Assembly (NCBI GenBank): GCA_013265495.1 | Contig: MU062356.1 | Span: forward strand, 6,854,310-6,918,309 | DNA: 64,000 nucleotides | Direction of reading: 5' to 3' | DNA from: Vicugna vicugna | Taxonomy: Eukaryota | The notes under the pieces: model-generated | Seen by the model: only the letters and a program-made list of their open reading frames with translations | Database searches by the model: none | What the model was told of the DNA's origin: nothing | Translations under genes and position numbers: made by a program | Part shown: piece by piece, positions 1 to 12,135 of the stretch | Layout of the letters: every line of letters begins with the position of its first letter | Numbering within the stretch: position 1 is the first letter of the stretch

Positions 1-381
1 TATGTCCCAGGCGTCCTTGAAGCTGAAGTGATAGCACAACAAGAGTTCTAACCAATGAGACAGAGGCAGAAGCCCACCGGGACTTCCGGAGAAGTCCTGT
101 TTTCAATAAACATTCATTATTCCTTGTTTCTTTTATTTATTTATTTATTTACCCCTGCTTAAAATGGGGATGTGAGATTGGAGGATGGGCAGCTGGGGTT
201 CCCCATGAAGCAACAAACATGAAGGTAAGAACATGTGGTTGGGAGCCTGGAATAGAAAGCTGAAGGGAACGTGGATCTTCCAAGCCTTTACTTCTTACAT
301 GAGGAGAATAAATCCTTGTTGATGAGGCTACAATTTTTCTGGTGTCTGTTACTTGCTGCAGGATGCATTTGTAACTTATAC
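1..381 (+). mobile_element. Old MaLR LTR (MLT1I/J/L-type), 5' end outside window
   Basis: Ends in tgttacttgctgcaggatgcatttgtaacttata, resembling the MLT1 3' terminus (tgttacttgcagcc...taactgataca); gttctaaccaatgaga near the start is also MLT1-like. Confidence 0.55.
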
Positions 382-394
382 TCATTAATTTTAA

Positions 395-960
395 ATACCA
401 CCTTTATCGTGTACTAAATTCCCATAGATACATGACTCTCTTTCTATGCTTTTAAATTGTTCCCCTGATTTAAAAAATAAATTTCTATGCTAAAATCACA
501 CTCTTTTAACAGCTATAGATTTATGGCATGTTTTGCAATCTGTTAGATATGCTTCTGTTTATTTTTTTCTAAAGGCCTTAGTTAATTCTGTCCATATTCA
601 CTTCCATATGAATTTTAAAACAAGCTTGTCAAGTTCTGTGAAAATTCAGTAGAATTTTGATTGAGATTATGTTGAATTTAAGGATTCATCTGGGAAGAAT
701 TGAAGTCTTTAAAATGTTCAGTATTTGCATCCGGGAACATAACATAACTCCATTTATGTAACTCTTCTTTATTTCCTTTAGTAGAATTTTAGTTTTACTT
801 ACTTAGGTTTTGCACATTCTTGTTAGATTTACTTCTAGTTATTATATCTTTGGTTCCTATTGTGAATTTTGTATTTTCAAGTTGGTTTTTGGTAATTTAT
901 AGTAAAGCTATTTTTAAAAAATTAATCTTGATCTTGTATTCAGCCAGCTGGCTAGATTAT
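395..960 (-). mobile_element. Ancient L1 ORF2 fragment (L1M-type)
   Basis: T-rich antisense ORF2 signatures such as ttccatatgaattttaaaacaagcttgtcaagttctg and ttgattgagattatgttgaatttaagg. Confidence 0.75.
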
Positions 961-2482
961 TTCCCTTAGATGTTTTCTTGGATTCCCATTTCAGCTCTAA
1001 AAGTGCTCAAACTTAGGTGTTATAGAACTTCATAATTGGAAGATAATATCTGGTCAAGCTCAAAAGAAAAGCTTCATGGAAGGGATGAGATTTCACTGTC
1101 GCCATTATTTAAGGATAATTCTTCTGGTGGGAATGTCTCCAAGTCTGTGTGTTTGTTTATTTTTAGGCTTCTTCCAGGCTCCTCTGCATTGCTTCATTGT
1201 TCAATCTCTACCTGCGCAATTGTTTCCAAAGTGCTATAAAATGATGGGCTGAGTAACGATTGCAGCACAAAATCTTGAAACATCTCCAGCATTGCTCTGT
1301 GTTCTCGCCGGTAATCAATATCTCTTTTTTCCCCAGATTCAAAGATCTAAGACCTGAATTCAGATTTCCTTACTAGGATCTGTATGGGAAGTCCACAGCC
1401 AAGTTCTTCATTAAACATTTTAGACTTCCGGCTTACTAGATTGAAATGAAAGTTAGACTGATTCTGAAGGAATGGTTGCCAGCCAGGAAAATGTATTATC
1501 TTCTCTTACTCCACAACCCTCACTCACACCCCCAAGTCCCTAAGCAATGTGTCTGCTACTGATGGTGTTGAGAAATATTCAGCACATAATCCTCAATGTC
1601 TTTCTTTTGGTGGTGGGAATACACAGGCTTTAATGGACTAGTGTTCAAACTTGGACTTACCAGGACAGCCGTATTGCATGTCATGTATGTATCTTCACAT
1701 CTGGAACATTTTAGACCCTCTGAACCTAAATGAGTAGTGGGGGATTAGTAGGGAGGGATGGGAAGCCTTATTTTTCAATAGATAAGTCTCTGAATTTTTT
1801 CCCTGAAAATCTTTGACGACATCAGAGGGATGTGTTCTTTGAGTCAAGAGGCCTGTGTTAAAACCTGACTCTACTACCTAATAGCCATGCTACTTCCATA
1901 ATTCATTCTCAATCTCCCTAAGTCTAGCTTTCCTCTCACAGGAATGTTGTACTGGCAAAGTGAGATGAAGCTGATGAAAGAACCGTGTAAACTGTAAAGT
2001 GCGATGCAGATGTAAGTTGTTTGTATTTCAGAATATTGAACCCTTCTCTTTCCCTGCTGTAATTCGCTTAGGGATGAGTAAACCAAAGGGGAATATACAC
2101 CCTAAGTGGTCCCAATATGTAAGAAAATCACACTTAAGCAAGATGAAAACCTTTATAAAATATATAATTAAAGTAAAACTCATGACTTCATGATAAAATA
2201 TTGATGAAAATGTTCAAAGACAAGTCATAAAATATAAATGCAAAGTAGTTAGCATTGTTTTGAAGTTTGAAGTAGAGGCTTCAAAATCTAAAAAGAAAAA
2301 AAAAACTGTGACAGCTTGATTGAATCAAACGCACAGACTCACTCTGTGTTTATCAAGCCTGCTACCTGATGCCGTTCCCTGGGACTGGAAAGCATGCACT
2401 TCTCTGACTGGTTAGATTCTGTTTCTTGATTGTGTGTAGGAGGCACTGGCTTTCAGATGATCATCTTCATTATCATCATCAT

Positions 2483-2937
2483 CACATTAATTTCCTATTG
2501 CTGCTGTAACAAATTCCCAAAACCTTAGTGGGTGACAACAACATAGATTTATTATTTTATTGTTCTGGAGGTTTGAAGTCCAAAAATAGGTCAGCAGGGA
2601 TATGTTCTTTCTAGAGGCTCTAGGAGAGAATCTGTTCCTTGCCTTTTCCAGTTTCTACAGGCTGCCAGCGTTCCTTGGTTGCCGACTCTTTCTGCACCTC
2701 TCTGACCTCTGCTTCTACCATCACATCACCTGCTTGGACTCTAACCCTCCTGCCTTCCTCTTACAAGAATCCTTGAACTTGCATCAGCCCACCTGGATAA
2801 TCCAGGATATACTATTCTCTCATCTCAAAGTCCTTAATCACCTTTGCAAGGTCCCTTTTGCCATGTAAGGTAACATAGTCACAGATTCCTGTAGGGGGGG
2901 ACATCTTAGGGGGAGGAGCATTATTCATCTCATTATA
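2483..2937 (-). mobile_element. MLT1C/D-type solo LTR
   Basis: ttaatttcctattgctgctgtaacaaat start; ctggataatccagga and gccatgtaaggtaacatagtcacag match the reverse complement of the MLT1C/D consensus. Confidence 0.85.
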
Positions 2938-2954
2938 ATCACCAACAACAGTTA

Positions 2955-3150
2955 ACATGAGCATTTTTTTATGTGACAAGCACCATTCTAGGCACCACAA
3001 ATACATTAAATCATAAAAACCTTATGAGAAAGATATTATTCTCTCCACATTAATGTCGTGCCATTGAGGCACAGAGAGGTTAATTAACTTGCCTAAGGTC
3101 ACACAGCTACGATTTCAACCTTGGTGGGCTAACAACAGAGCCCAAAGTCT
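2955..3150 (-). mobile_element. MIR SINE
   Basis: Antisense MIR core gaggcacagagaggttaattaacttgcctaaggtcacacagcta. Confidence 0.8.
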
Positions 3151-3631
3151 TTACCAGTATGCTTTTGAGAAGTGAACAAGTTGGTGCACTAGACTTAGAG
3201 GAAGCAGAAGCTACTAAGTATAGTTACTGAAGAGCCACTGATTTTATAACAATAATGGTAATATTTTATATATTTTTTATCATGGTTTACAATTTCTAAA
3301 GCACATTCCCAGCAATTTTCATGGAAGTTTCCCATAACCCTATCGCTCAGAATAATTTCCCCTCTGCTAAATCCTTTTCATTTTCATTTATTTAAATAGC
3401 AAGATTTCATGATATGCCTTCCACTGGAATTTGTGTACCTGTGTGTTTTTTCTGGCTGTTCAGTTGTGAGACCCTTAAGTAAAGGTAGAAAGCAGCACTC
3501 ACTCTGCAAAAAAAAAAAAAAAAGGTATAGTGACTTGAAAACTGAAAGTATTCAATAAACATCTGTTCAGTTGAATAGCACACATGAGGCAGAGTGTCGT
3601 TTTGGAAGTACTACAGAATCTACAAAACAGA

Positions 3632-4105
3632 TGTGACAGACTGCTATTTTGATGACCTCAAGGACCATGCCTGTCAGTATCCAAACCTTTGTGTACTCCC
3701 CTCTCATCTGACCCTGAGCTGAGTCTCTAACTACTTTAACCAATTGAATATGATGAAAGCGATGCTGTGCCAATTCTGGGACCAGCTGTTGCTTGGTCTG
3801 GAAGCTTCTACCTCCTCCCTTTCGGAACTTTCCCCATTGGAATGTTCCTTGGGGACCACCCAACCGCCATGCCGTGAGGCAGCCCGAGCACCAAGTGGAA
3901 AGGCCTCAATGGATGGAGACTAAGTCTTCTGTCAACGGCCGCGGCTGAGTTCCAGGAGAGTCTCTAGATGACGGCAGTCATTCCAGTGCCGCAGCTGGCG
4001 TGACTGGGAGTTGCCCAGACAAGCTGCAGAACTGTAGGAGAGTACATTGTTTTTGAGCCTCTGGGCGTTAAGGGGTTCATTCAGCAGGGACAGATCACTG
4101 CAATA
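3632..4105 (+). mobile_element. MLT1F/G/H-type solo LTR
   Basis: Starts tgtgacagactg; contains gccatgccgtgaggcagccc; ends cagcagggacagatcactgcaata, like the MLT1F-H terminus. Confidence 0.7.
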
Positions 4106-4535
4106 CCAGGGCAGCCTTATCTCTGAGGCGCAGGGACACCATGGCCTCTCTTCTTACTGTTGCAGGTGGGATCATAGGTTCTGGGTCTGGAAGGCAGGGA
4201 CCCTGAGACTCTACCAATAGGCCACTGAATGAGGCTCTTGCAGCTTTGAGCAGAGTCTCCCTGCAGGTCAGAGACTGAGACGTCAAGGTTGAATGTGGCA
4301 CGAGGGTCTGGCGCCTTGTTGGAGGAGGGACTGATGCAACCGTGTGCTGGTTTGAACTCCTCAGAACCCGAGTCTGGGTGTCCTCTCCCTTTTTCTCTCT
4401 GAGGACTTTGTCACTCACACAGGCTTTCCTTCCCATTTTTCCAGTGGTTTCAGCTTCTCTTCCTGGCCGGGTGGTTTTGCTTCTTGTTCTGCAGTCTTTT
4501 GGCTTTCTGTTGGCTTTCCTGTCCTTGATCCAGGC
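4095..4535 (-). pseudogene. Possible degenerate PRD-class homeobox terminal exon (speculative)
   Basis: 146 stop-free codons beginning AWIKDRKANRK (cf. VWFKNRRAKWR) immediately after an AG; no upstream helix 1-2 exon found. Confidence 0.2.
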
Positions 4536-5354
4536 CTTTTCTCAGGTTCTAGTTCTCCACCATGAGCAAAAACAAAACAAACAGAATAAAACAGATCTCA
4601 TCCCTGAGGCCATGTGACCCCAGTTGCCCGAAGAGACGTTCTTCTGAGGCTCCTGGGTCTGATCTTGGAGGCTTTTCAGAAGATCCCTGGCCTGGGTTCA
4701 CAACAGGGTGGTAAGCTGGTCATGAGAAGGAGACTAAAAGTAACCATAGGGTTTGAAGACATGTGGCTCGAGGGTCTTCAGGACAGAGAAGGCACCCTTC
4801 GCCCTTCCCACTTCCCAGTTCTTCCTCTCTCACCCCTCCTCCCTGCCCCCTTCCTAAGACCTTGAGCAAGAAGACAGAGGCATCGACTCTGTGGGCATTT
4901 CATCCAGTGTGAGCCTCCTATGCTCCTATGGTTTTTGGGGACAGGATGAGAAGAGCAGGGGGTAACATGGGACCTGAAATTGATGAGAGACAGTGAGAGG
5001 AGTGGCAGTGATGATGAGGGGGATGGGAAGGCAGCTGAGGTCACCTCCCTCCCTCCAGCCCTGTTATCTACCACTCACCAGCAGACTCCCATGTGGAGTG
5101 ACACTGGGCAATGAGAGGAATGGGAATGGGGGGGGACGTAACTAATTGTCCAAATCAGCTGTGGGCACTACTGTGGGGAAGGAAAAAGGAGTCTGGGAAG
5201 ATCATTGGAATGACTGCACCCAAGACAGCATCCGGCCCCTCGTTCCCTAAGCCTTGCTCAGAGACTGTAAATATTGCTTTTGTAGAACAAAGTACAATTG
5301 TTTATGTGAGGCATGTATAGACAGCTTGAAAAAAGGTTGGTTGGATTATTTCTT

Positions 5355-5850
5355 TAATTAGTGTTTATTTATTAGTACTTATCTGCCAAGCTCTGTTCTA
5401 AGAACTTCATGCATATCAACTCATGGAATCTTTCAGAACAAGTCTGTGAGACAGATACTTAGAGGGTAATACTGTTTTTAGCTCCATTTTGCAGATGAGG
5501 AAACTGAGGCTCAGAGAAATCAAGCAACTTCCAAGATAGGGTTTCCAGATTTAGCAAATAAAAATATGGACACCCGGTGAAATTTGAATTTCAGAATAAC
5601 AAATGATAATATTTTAGTAGAAGTGTGTCCCATATATTACATGCTCACAAATTTTTGCTGACAAACCAAATATTTCATGTGATGTGTGGGACACACTTAC
5701 ACGAAAGGATCATCTGTGGTTTATTGGACATTCAGATTTGACTGGGCATCCTGTATTTCATCTGGCAACCTGTGCTCCAAGAACAGACTCCCAGTAAGTG
5801 GTAGGCTAGGATTTGAAACCAGAAAGTACGGCTTGAAAGTAGTCCAGGCT
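5355..5850 (-). mobile_element. MIR SINE interrupted by MER53
   Basis: cattttgcagatgaggaaactgaggctcagagaa before 5537; resumes with agtaagtggtaggctaggatttgaaaccag after 5771. Confidence 0.8.
5538..5771. mobile_element. MER53 palindromic hAT MITE
   Basis: Termini agggtttccagatttagcaaataaaaat...gcatcctgtatttcatctggcaacct; the two arms are inverted copies. Confidence 0.85.
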
Positions 5851-7337
5851 TAAAGTACCGTGTGACGCTGGCTCTCCGGAAGACGGGAATGCTAACGATG
5901 CAAGACTAAACATTGATCAAGTCCTGTTTTCTCTGTTGTAGACCATTTGAGGAAGAAGAAGAGGGACATGAGGGCTGTGGTGGAAAGCCCAGGAAGGGCT
6001 GCTGGGACCCCTCCCCGAGATTTTCTGAACTGCTTAAACCATAGAATTTATGAATGATATCAAAAGGAGAAGTGTATCACAGGGCATGGCGGGGTAAACC
6101 CATGCCAGCATTGTTAAAATGAACATATTTGATGAGCAGTTACAGTATGCCAGGCACTTGCATGAAGTTCTTTGATGCTCACAACAGCCGTTTTATCATG
6201 TAGACCAGGTCTGTGAGATGGACCATGTTTGCACTTCAAAATGCAGATTCATCACAACCTGAAGCTCAGTGTTGTAAGGACCCCGTTCTACAACTTCCCC
6301 AATTTTAAACCCAGTTTTAAACTTAAATAAAATTTAGCAATTTGATCCTCTGATGCTGGGGGGCAGGGGTGATGTTTAAGAACCAGGTTGAGGAAGGTTT
6401 TTCTCAGGCTCTGCAGAGGAAAATCATCTGCAAACATCAAGCACTGCTGGATTAAAGAGACTATATTTCAGATTGAATTGTTATTTTTTGCAGGATGAAA
6501 TGCCCTCCTAGTTAAAATTCTGGGTTTAAAATTTTGAACATAGACACCCAGTTTGGTCGAGTTTTAGCTGAGAATGAACTTCTCTCCTCGACACACAAAC
6601 TCTGGTGTGATGCCACCCTAGTCTTAACCATGATCACTCTGCTAGAATCACACCTGAGTCATCATTTCTTGACAGAGTCTGTGGACCCCATGAAGGGCCT
6701 GGTGGGGACCAGAAATCCAGTCCACTCACGGGAGTCGAAGATGTTTACAATATGAATCAACAATTAATAGTGACTTTTCCACCCCTGAAAAGTCACATCT
6801 TTCATACCAGCCACACTAATTACATTGTTTAGTTTGTTTTTCCAAGGTGGATGACATGAAAAATGCATAACCAAGGGACTGGTTGACAGAAGAGGAGAAA
6901 TATGAGACGACTAAAACAGAAAATGAAAAATAATGAGAAGAATGATTAAAAGAAGGGAATTGTGTGGCTTGCTTTACTGGTATTGAGCCTGAACTAAGTG
7001 AAGTCGTGGCATGTGTTTATGGAACCTGCAGGAGAAATGGGGGAAGTGGTTTCCTCCCAATCTCTAACTGGATCTTGTTTCCAAGCTGGGTGGATAACAT
7101 AAGAGCAGCATGAGAGAATTGTCCTGGGGAGCCCTGGCTTTGGTCCTATAAGAGAAGCTGGCCACATAGACAATTTCTGCTCCCCCCCTCCGCCTCTGCT
7201 CTTAGATTTCACTCTGCCTGGACTTAGCTGGAACTTCACACCCACTCATCCTTGGTTCCATCTTCCTGCACTCATATATTCATTGCCTCCTTCCATCCCA
7301 ATCTTAGGCTTGCTGAACAAGAATCTCCTTTCCACCC

Positions 7338-7775
7338 TATATTAGTTTCCCGTGGCTGTGTAACAAATAACCCCAAATTGTGCAGCTAAAAATCAACAGA
7401 AACTCATTCTCTCACTGTTCTGGATGTCTGAAGTCTGAAATCAAGGTGTTGGCAGGACTGAACTCCCTTTCATGGGTCTAAGGGAGGATCCTTCTTTGCT
7501 TCTTCCAACTTCAGGTGGCGCCAGGTCTCGCCTAACTTGCCACTGCAGACCCCAGTCTCTGCCTCTGTCTTCACATGGCCCTCTCCTTCTCTTCTGCCTT
7601 TCTCCTCTAAGGACACTTGTCATAGGATTTAGGGCCCCTCAGATAATCCAGGATGACCTCATCTGGAGATCCTTGACTTGCTGACATTTGCAAAGACCCC
7701 CTTTCCAGAATAAAGTCACACTAGAGGCTTGGGGTGGACATACCTTTGGGTGAGGAGCCATCATTGAACCCCTTC
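7338..7775 (-). mobile_element. MLT1B/C-type solo LTR
   Basis: tatattagtttcc start; gaagtctgaaatcaaggtgttggcagg; ctctgcctctgtcttcacatggcc; gataatccaggatgacctcatc. Confidence 0.85.
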
Positions 7776-8774
7776 TTCTAGATTCAAGGAATTCTTACTC
7801 CCTAGGTAAGAGGCTAATCAGTCAAAAAAAGAATCCATTTATAATCCACCGAGACATTTTTTAACATATCTTTCCTTGCTGCTCCAGTTTTCTTATAAGC
7901 TAAAGCTGTGTAAGATCATCACTCTCTTGTAAAAGGCTCCTCAAATCTCCCTTGAAACTCAGAGTGTGCTGGGCTTCAGGGTTCTATAGATTTAGCTCTC
8001 ATTCTAGAAGGTCATCCTTTCATAGCTTTTTCTTGGTTACTTGACTGTGTAGATCAGTTTAGCTTTCCAGACTGGTGGCTGTACATCCTGCTTTGCCTGT
8101 CCTGTTTTCAGCCTATTCATCTCAGTGTCCTTTCTGTTGGTACACTCTTTAGCTCTCAGAATCCAGGTTTGGGTGCTACCCTTCTCTGGAACACTTTCGT
8201 TTTTTGGAGGGAGGACTTGAGGGACGATTGACAGAAAGGACTCTGTTCAGTGAGTGATGAGTGATGAAGTGGGAGAGGCCTTTGCCTAAAATTGCAAATT
8301 TGGAGGCTAAAAGGGGAGTGGGGGAGATCTGAAAGACAGTGTGGGCACACAGAGTGTGTCACGGTGTAGATCAAAATGAGACTTCCATTCCACTAAGGGC
8401 AGAAGGAGCATCTCCTAACAGCTTGGGGCCTCAGTTTCCCTGTCTGAGACTGTCTAAGAGCAAGTAGCTTCTGAAATTTAAGACTCTGATCCCATCTTTG
8501 ATTTGGTGAAATATGGCCTCCACAAGTCTGCAAGCAAAATACTTCCCAGAATGATCTGGTGACAATTTAAACAACTTTTTTTCCCCTCCTCCTCTACCCA
8601 AGGAACCAAGGGATTCTGTCTTTCAGGGAAGGTGCTCACAGGAAAATGACCTTCACCTCTGTGTCTCTCTCCACACTCAAAACACAGGGAGCTGTTTAAA
8701 GAGCTTGGTACATCATTCAGTTTGAAAGAACATGCTTGGCTTTTTTGCACCACCCTCTCAGTCCAATAAATAAT

Positions 8775-9070
8775 CAAAGAGAGTGTGAAATGGTGCAATC
8801 ACTTTGGGAAACAGTGTGGGCAGTTTCTTAAAAAGTTAAATATACCCCTCCCCCCCGACCCAGCAGTTGGACTCTTAGGTATTCCCCCAAGAGAAAGCAT
8901 ATTATATGTTCATCATAAAGGTGGTACAGTAATACTGCTAGCAATGTTATTCAGAATAGCCCAACACTGGACAAATCCCCAGTGGTCATCTGCAGGAGAA
9001 CTGATAAACGTATTATGATACAATCATGTGATAGAACACTAATTAGCAATTTTTGAAAAGAATTGTTGAT
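8775..9070 (+). mobile_element. L1 ORF2 3' fragment (L1MC/ME-type)
   Basis: aaatggtgcaatcactttgggaaacagtgtgggcagtttcttaaaaagttaaata; the ORF at 8785 is a decayed ORF2 C-terminus. Confidence 0.75.
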
Positions 9071-9520
9071 TAAATCAACCAATCACTAAGTCCCATGGAT
9101 TCTATTCTCCCAAATCTATCTGCTCTCCCACCCGCGTTACCACTATGCTGGTCTAAACTCCTGTAATCCTCCTGGGCTCCGACGCATGCCACAGTCCTCA
9201 CCTTGCTCCCTCGTGATGCTCCTGTTGCCACTGTCCCCTTGCTCACCAGGCTGCAGCCCCCCTCCCCTAGTCTCCAGTGCGTCACACTCCTTCAGCACTG
9301 GGGTCTTGCCAAGGCCCTTCTGCCTGCAACACATCACCTCCCATCTTCTCCTGCTCAACTTCCTCCTCTGTCTCCGCCAGGGGGGAGACGTGGAGGGAGG
9401 CCAGCTCGTTTGAGAGCCGAAATCTGCCATCCTTTCCCGGGCAGCCTGTGCTCTCTCTGCGTGGCGCCCTCACGGCGATGGTGAAACAGGGTTCAGAGTG
9501 ATTATTTGCTTTTTTTTTTT

Positions 9521-9988
9521 GGTATTATTTTCCTATTGCTGCTGTCACAAATGACCACAAACGGTGGCTTAAAATAATACGTTTATTATCTTACATTTTT
9601 GGAGGTCAGAAAGCTGAAATGGGTTTCCCTGGGCCACAAACGTGTCAGCTGGGCTACATTTCCTTTGGAAGCTTTAGGGGAAAATCTGATTTCTTGCCTT
9701 TTCCAGCTGCTGAGGGTCACCTGCCCTCCTTGGTTTGTGGCCCCTTCTCTCTCTCCCAACTGTGCTTTGTTATCACATCTCTCTTGATCCTGGTCCCCCG
9801 CCTCCCTTGTACAAGGATCGCTGTGATTACCTTGGGCCCACCTGGATAATCCCGACTCATTTCTTCACCTCAAGAACCTTGACTTAATCACCTCTGCAAA
9901 GTCCTTTCGACTGTGCAAGGGAACATATTTACCAGGTCCAACAATTAGGGTATGGATATCTTTGGGGGCCATTCTTTGGCCTACCGTA
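9521..9988 (-). mobile_element. MLT1D solo LTR
   Basis: tttcctattgctgctgtcacaaatgaccacaaac...ggaggtcagaaagctgaaatggg...tttgggggccattctttggcctaccgta. Confidence 0.85.
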
Positions 9989-9989
9989 T

Positions 9990-10118
9990 TTGTCTTCTCC
10001 CCAGACATTAAGCTCCATTGAAGATGAGGACCAGGCCTGTCTTGTCCACTGCTGAACTCTGACCGCCAGCAGGTGCCTTACACGTGACAGGCACTAAATA
10101 ATACATTTGCTGAATAAA
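9990..10118 (+). mobile_element. L2 3' end
   Basis: aagctccattgaagatgaggaccaggcctgtcttg...aataatacatttgctgaataaa resembles the L2 tail. Confidence 0.6.
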
Positions 10119-12135
10119 GTCATAGCACTGAGGCCACTTGCATGCAATTGGCTTAGCTTTTAGAATTCCATTTTTCAGTTCTATTTCCAAGTCTAAGACT
10201 GGAACGTCTTTTTGTAGCTCTGTAGCCATTACGGAAAGAGGGCCCATTCTACTGGGCCTTCTAGCCTCATATCACAATTGTTCTAAAAAAAATCACCTGT
10301 TCCATGACTGTTTACTCTTTTGGTCCGTAGAATTTTTCTACGTTCAATTCTCTTTGCCTAATCATCTAACGCTTAGGACCAAACTCCCTGGAACTCCTCC
10401 TACATTGAAAGTGTTCTCACCTGCCTCGTTAACAGCATGATTCACATGACTCGACGTGCATCCTTCCGCCCTATAGGCTGCCAAGAGATGTTTGCCCTGC
10501 AGTGTTCCTCCAAGCCAGATTTCTTCAAACACCCTTCCCAACCTCTACATACCACTTCACTGGCAACTCCAAAAAGGGAGAACCTGATACAAGTATTCTG
10601 GGAGCCACATGATAGCACAAAAGCATGGAATAATTACAACTCAATTATACTAGTATTGTTTTAGCCTCTGCTGTAATAAGAATCTCCCAGGTCAGGAGAG
10701 GGAAAGAAGAGATGAAAGAAGGGTGTGTGTGTGTGTGTATGTTTAAAGCAGGCACACAATACAACTGCACACTGAACCCATTTCTAAATGGAAACTTTCT
10801 CAGGTAAGTGAAATAAGTGAATTCTTTTAATCAACTCAAAAAAAAAAATAGAGAAAATTGTCAATCAAACCAATTCCTTAATGTCATGTCATCAAGAAAG
10901 GAAAAGTTGGTTATCTTAAATTTTTTTTTGTACAGTTGTTTTGATCCTGTATAGGCAGAATCCGATTTGAAAGCATTATTCATCTGGTAAATAAAATGAC
11001 CAAACAGATTTAGGGCACTGTAAACCTAATTCCTCTCATGAACATCTTGTCTCACCTGTTCTGTTTTGAGATCTTGTCTTGGCCTGTTTCAGGAGGCCCT
11101 TATGAAGTGTTCCCCCGGCCCCGGCCCCCAAAAAGTGGAGCAATAAAATCGTTAAGCCCGTTGTCTCCTGCTAGTCTTGCCTGGACTTAGAGCACAATGC
11201 CCAGACATAGGAGGCTGTGGGGCATTATTCATTTCTCATCGGGAAGCCGAGGGAGTCCGGATTAGCTTCAACAATGCACCCTGCTATTTGCTGTTTGGCC
11301 AGGGGCAGGGTTCTCATCCAATACAATGCTTGTGCACGTTCAGCTCATTGCTTGTCTGTGCACATCCCCACATTCAGGGAGGACTTTTACAATCCAAAAT
11401 GACAACCATGTGTCCTCGGCTCTGTTCCCACCCGAGACAGGAAGGAGACTGCTCTGCTCTCTGCAGTCTATCTCCTTGGCTCCTGCCCCTCTAACGCAAT
11501 GATCTGGGCAAAAGACGTGCCTGCTTGTAGTCTTTATACGGACATCTTGTGCTGGTTATTACAGAATTTTCATTAATAAAGAAGCATTTTGACTCAACCT
11601 CAAATGGGCAGAAAGTATTCAGGCCTCATGACAAGAACTTCATTGAATAAATACTAGAAAATTCCTTCAAGAAAAGGAAAATCAAGCTGCAGAGAAATAT
11701 GGCCAAGAGAGTCACACAGAACTAGTCTTCTAGCTACGGATATTCAGCCTTGTGTTTCTGAACATAAGTAGGAAATTTGAAGAATAGAGTTAAATTTTAT
11801 ACAGGGAGGAAGAATGGTCCATTTAGAATGCTAAATATTATAAAATTCCTAATTCCAAGTCTTGTAAAGTCCTTGCCTCCCCTCAGTCCTTATGTGGGTT
11901 CCCTTTTGGAATGAGGGGAGAGGGTGGGGAACTCCTTCTGATTCACAGGAAGCCAGGGTTGCTCCAAGAACCTGCCTAAGAACAACCCATCATGCTGAGT
12001 CCAAAGATTTATTCCAGCAACAGCTCTGACAGGTATTTTTAATCTGGTCCTTCATGTCACCGCTATATGAGGAACCCTCCATATGAGACGTTTATTCCCC
12101 CGCTGGAGCAAAAAGCAGCCCTACTATTCAAGACC

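Noticed and set aside
4415-4597. Alternative minus frame DLFYSV...EPEKRPGSRTGKPTESQKTAEQEAKPPGQEEKLKPLEKWEGKPV*
   Set aside because: It looks protein-like only because the strand is purine-rich; no ATG, no recognised homologue and no upstream exons found.
6770-6796. Perfect 10-bp stem-loop GTGACTTTTC/GAAAAGTCAC
   Set aside because: Roughly one such stem is expected by chance in 64 kb; no other support.
8040-8380. Possible helix 1-2 homeobox exon partner (VFQRRVAPKPGF) on the minus strand
   Set aside because: Too little similarity, an in-frame stop and no suitable donor; overlaps an L2-like region.
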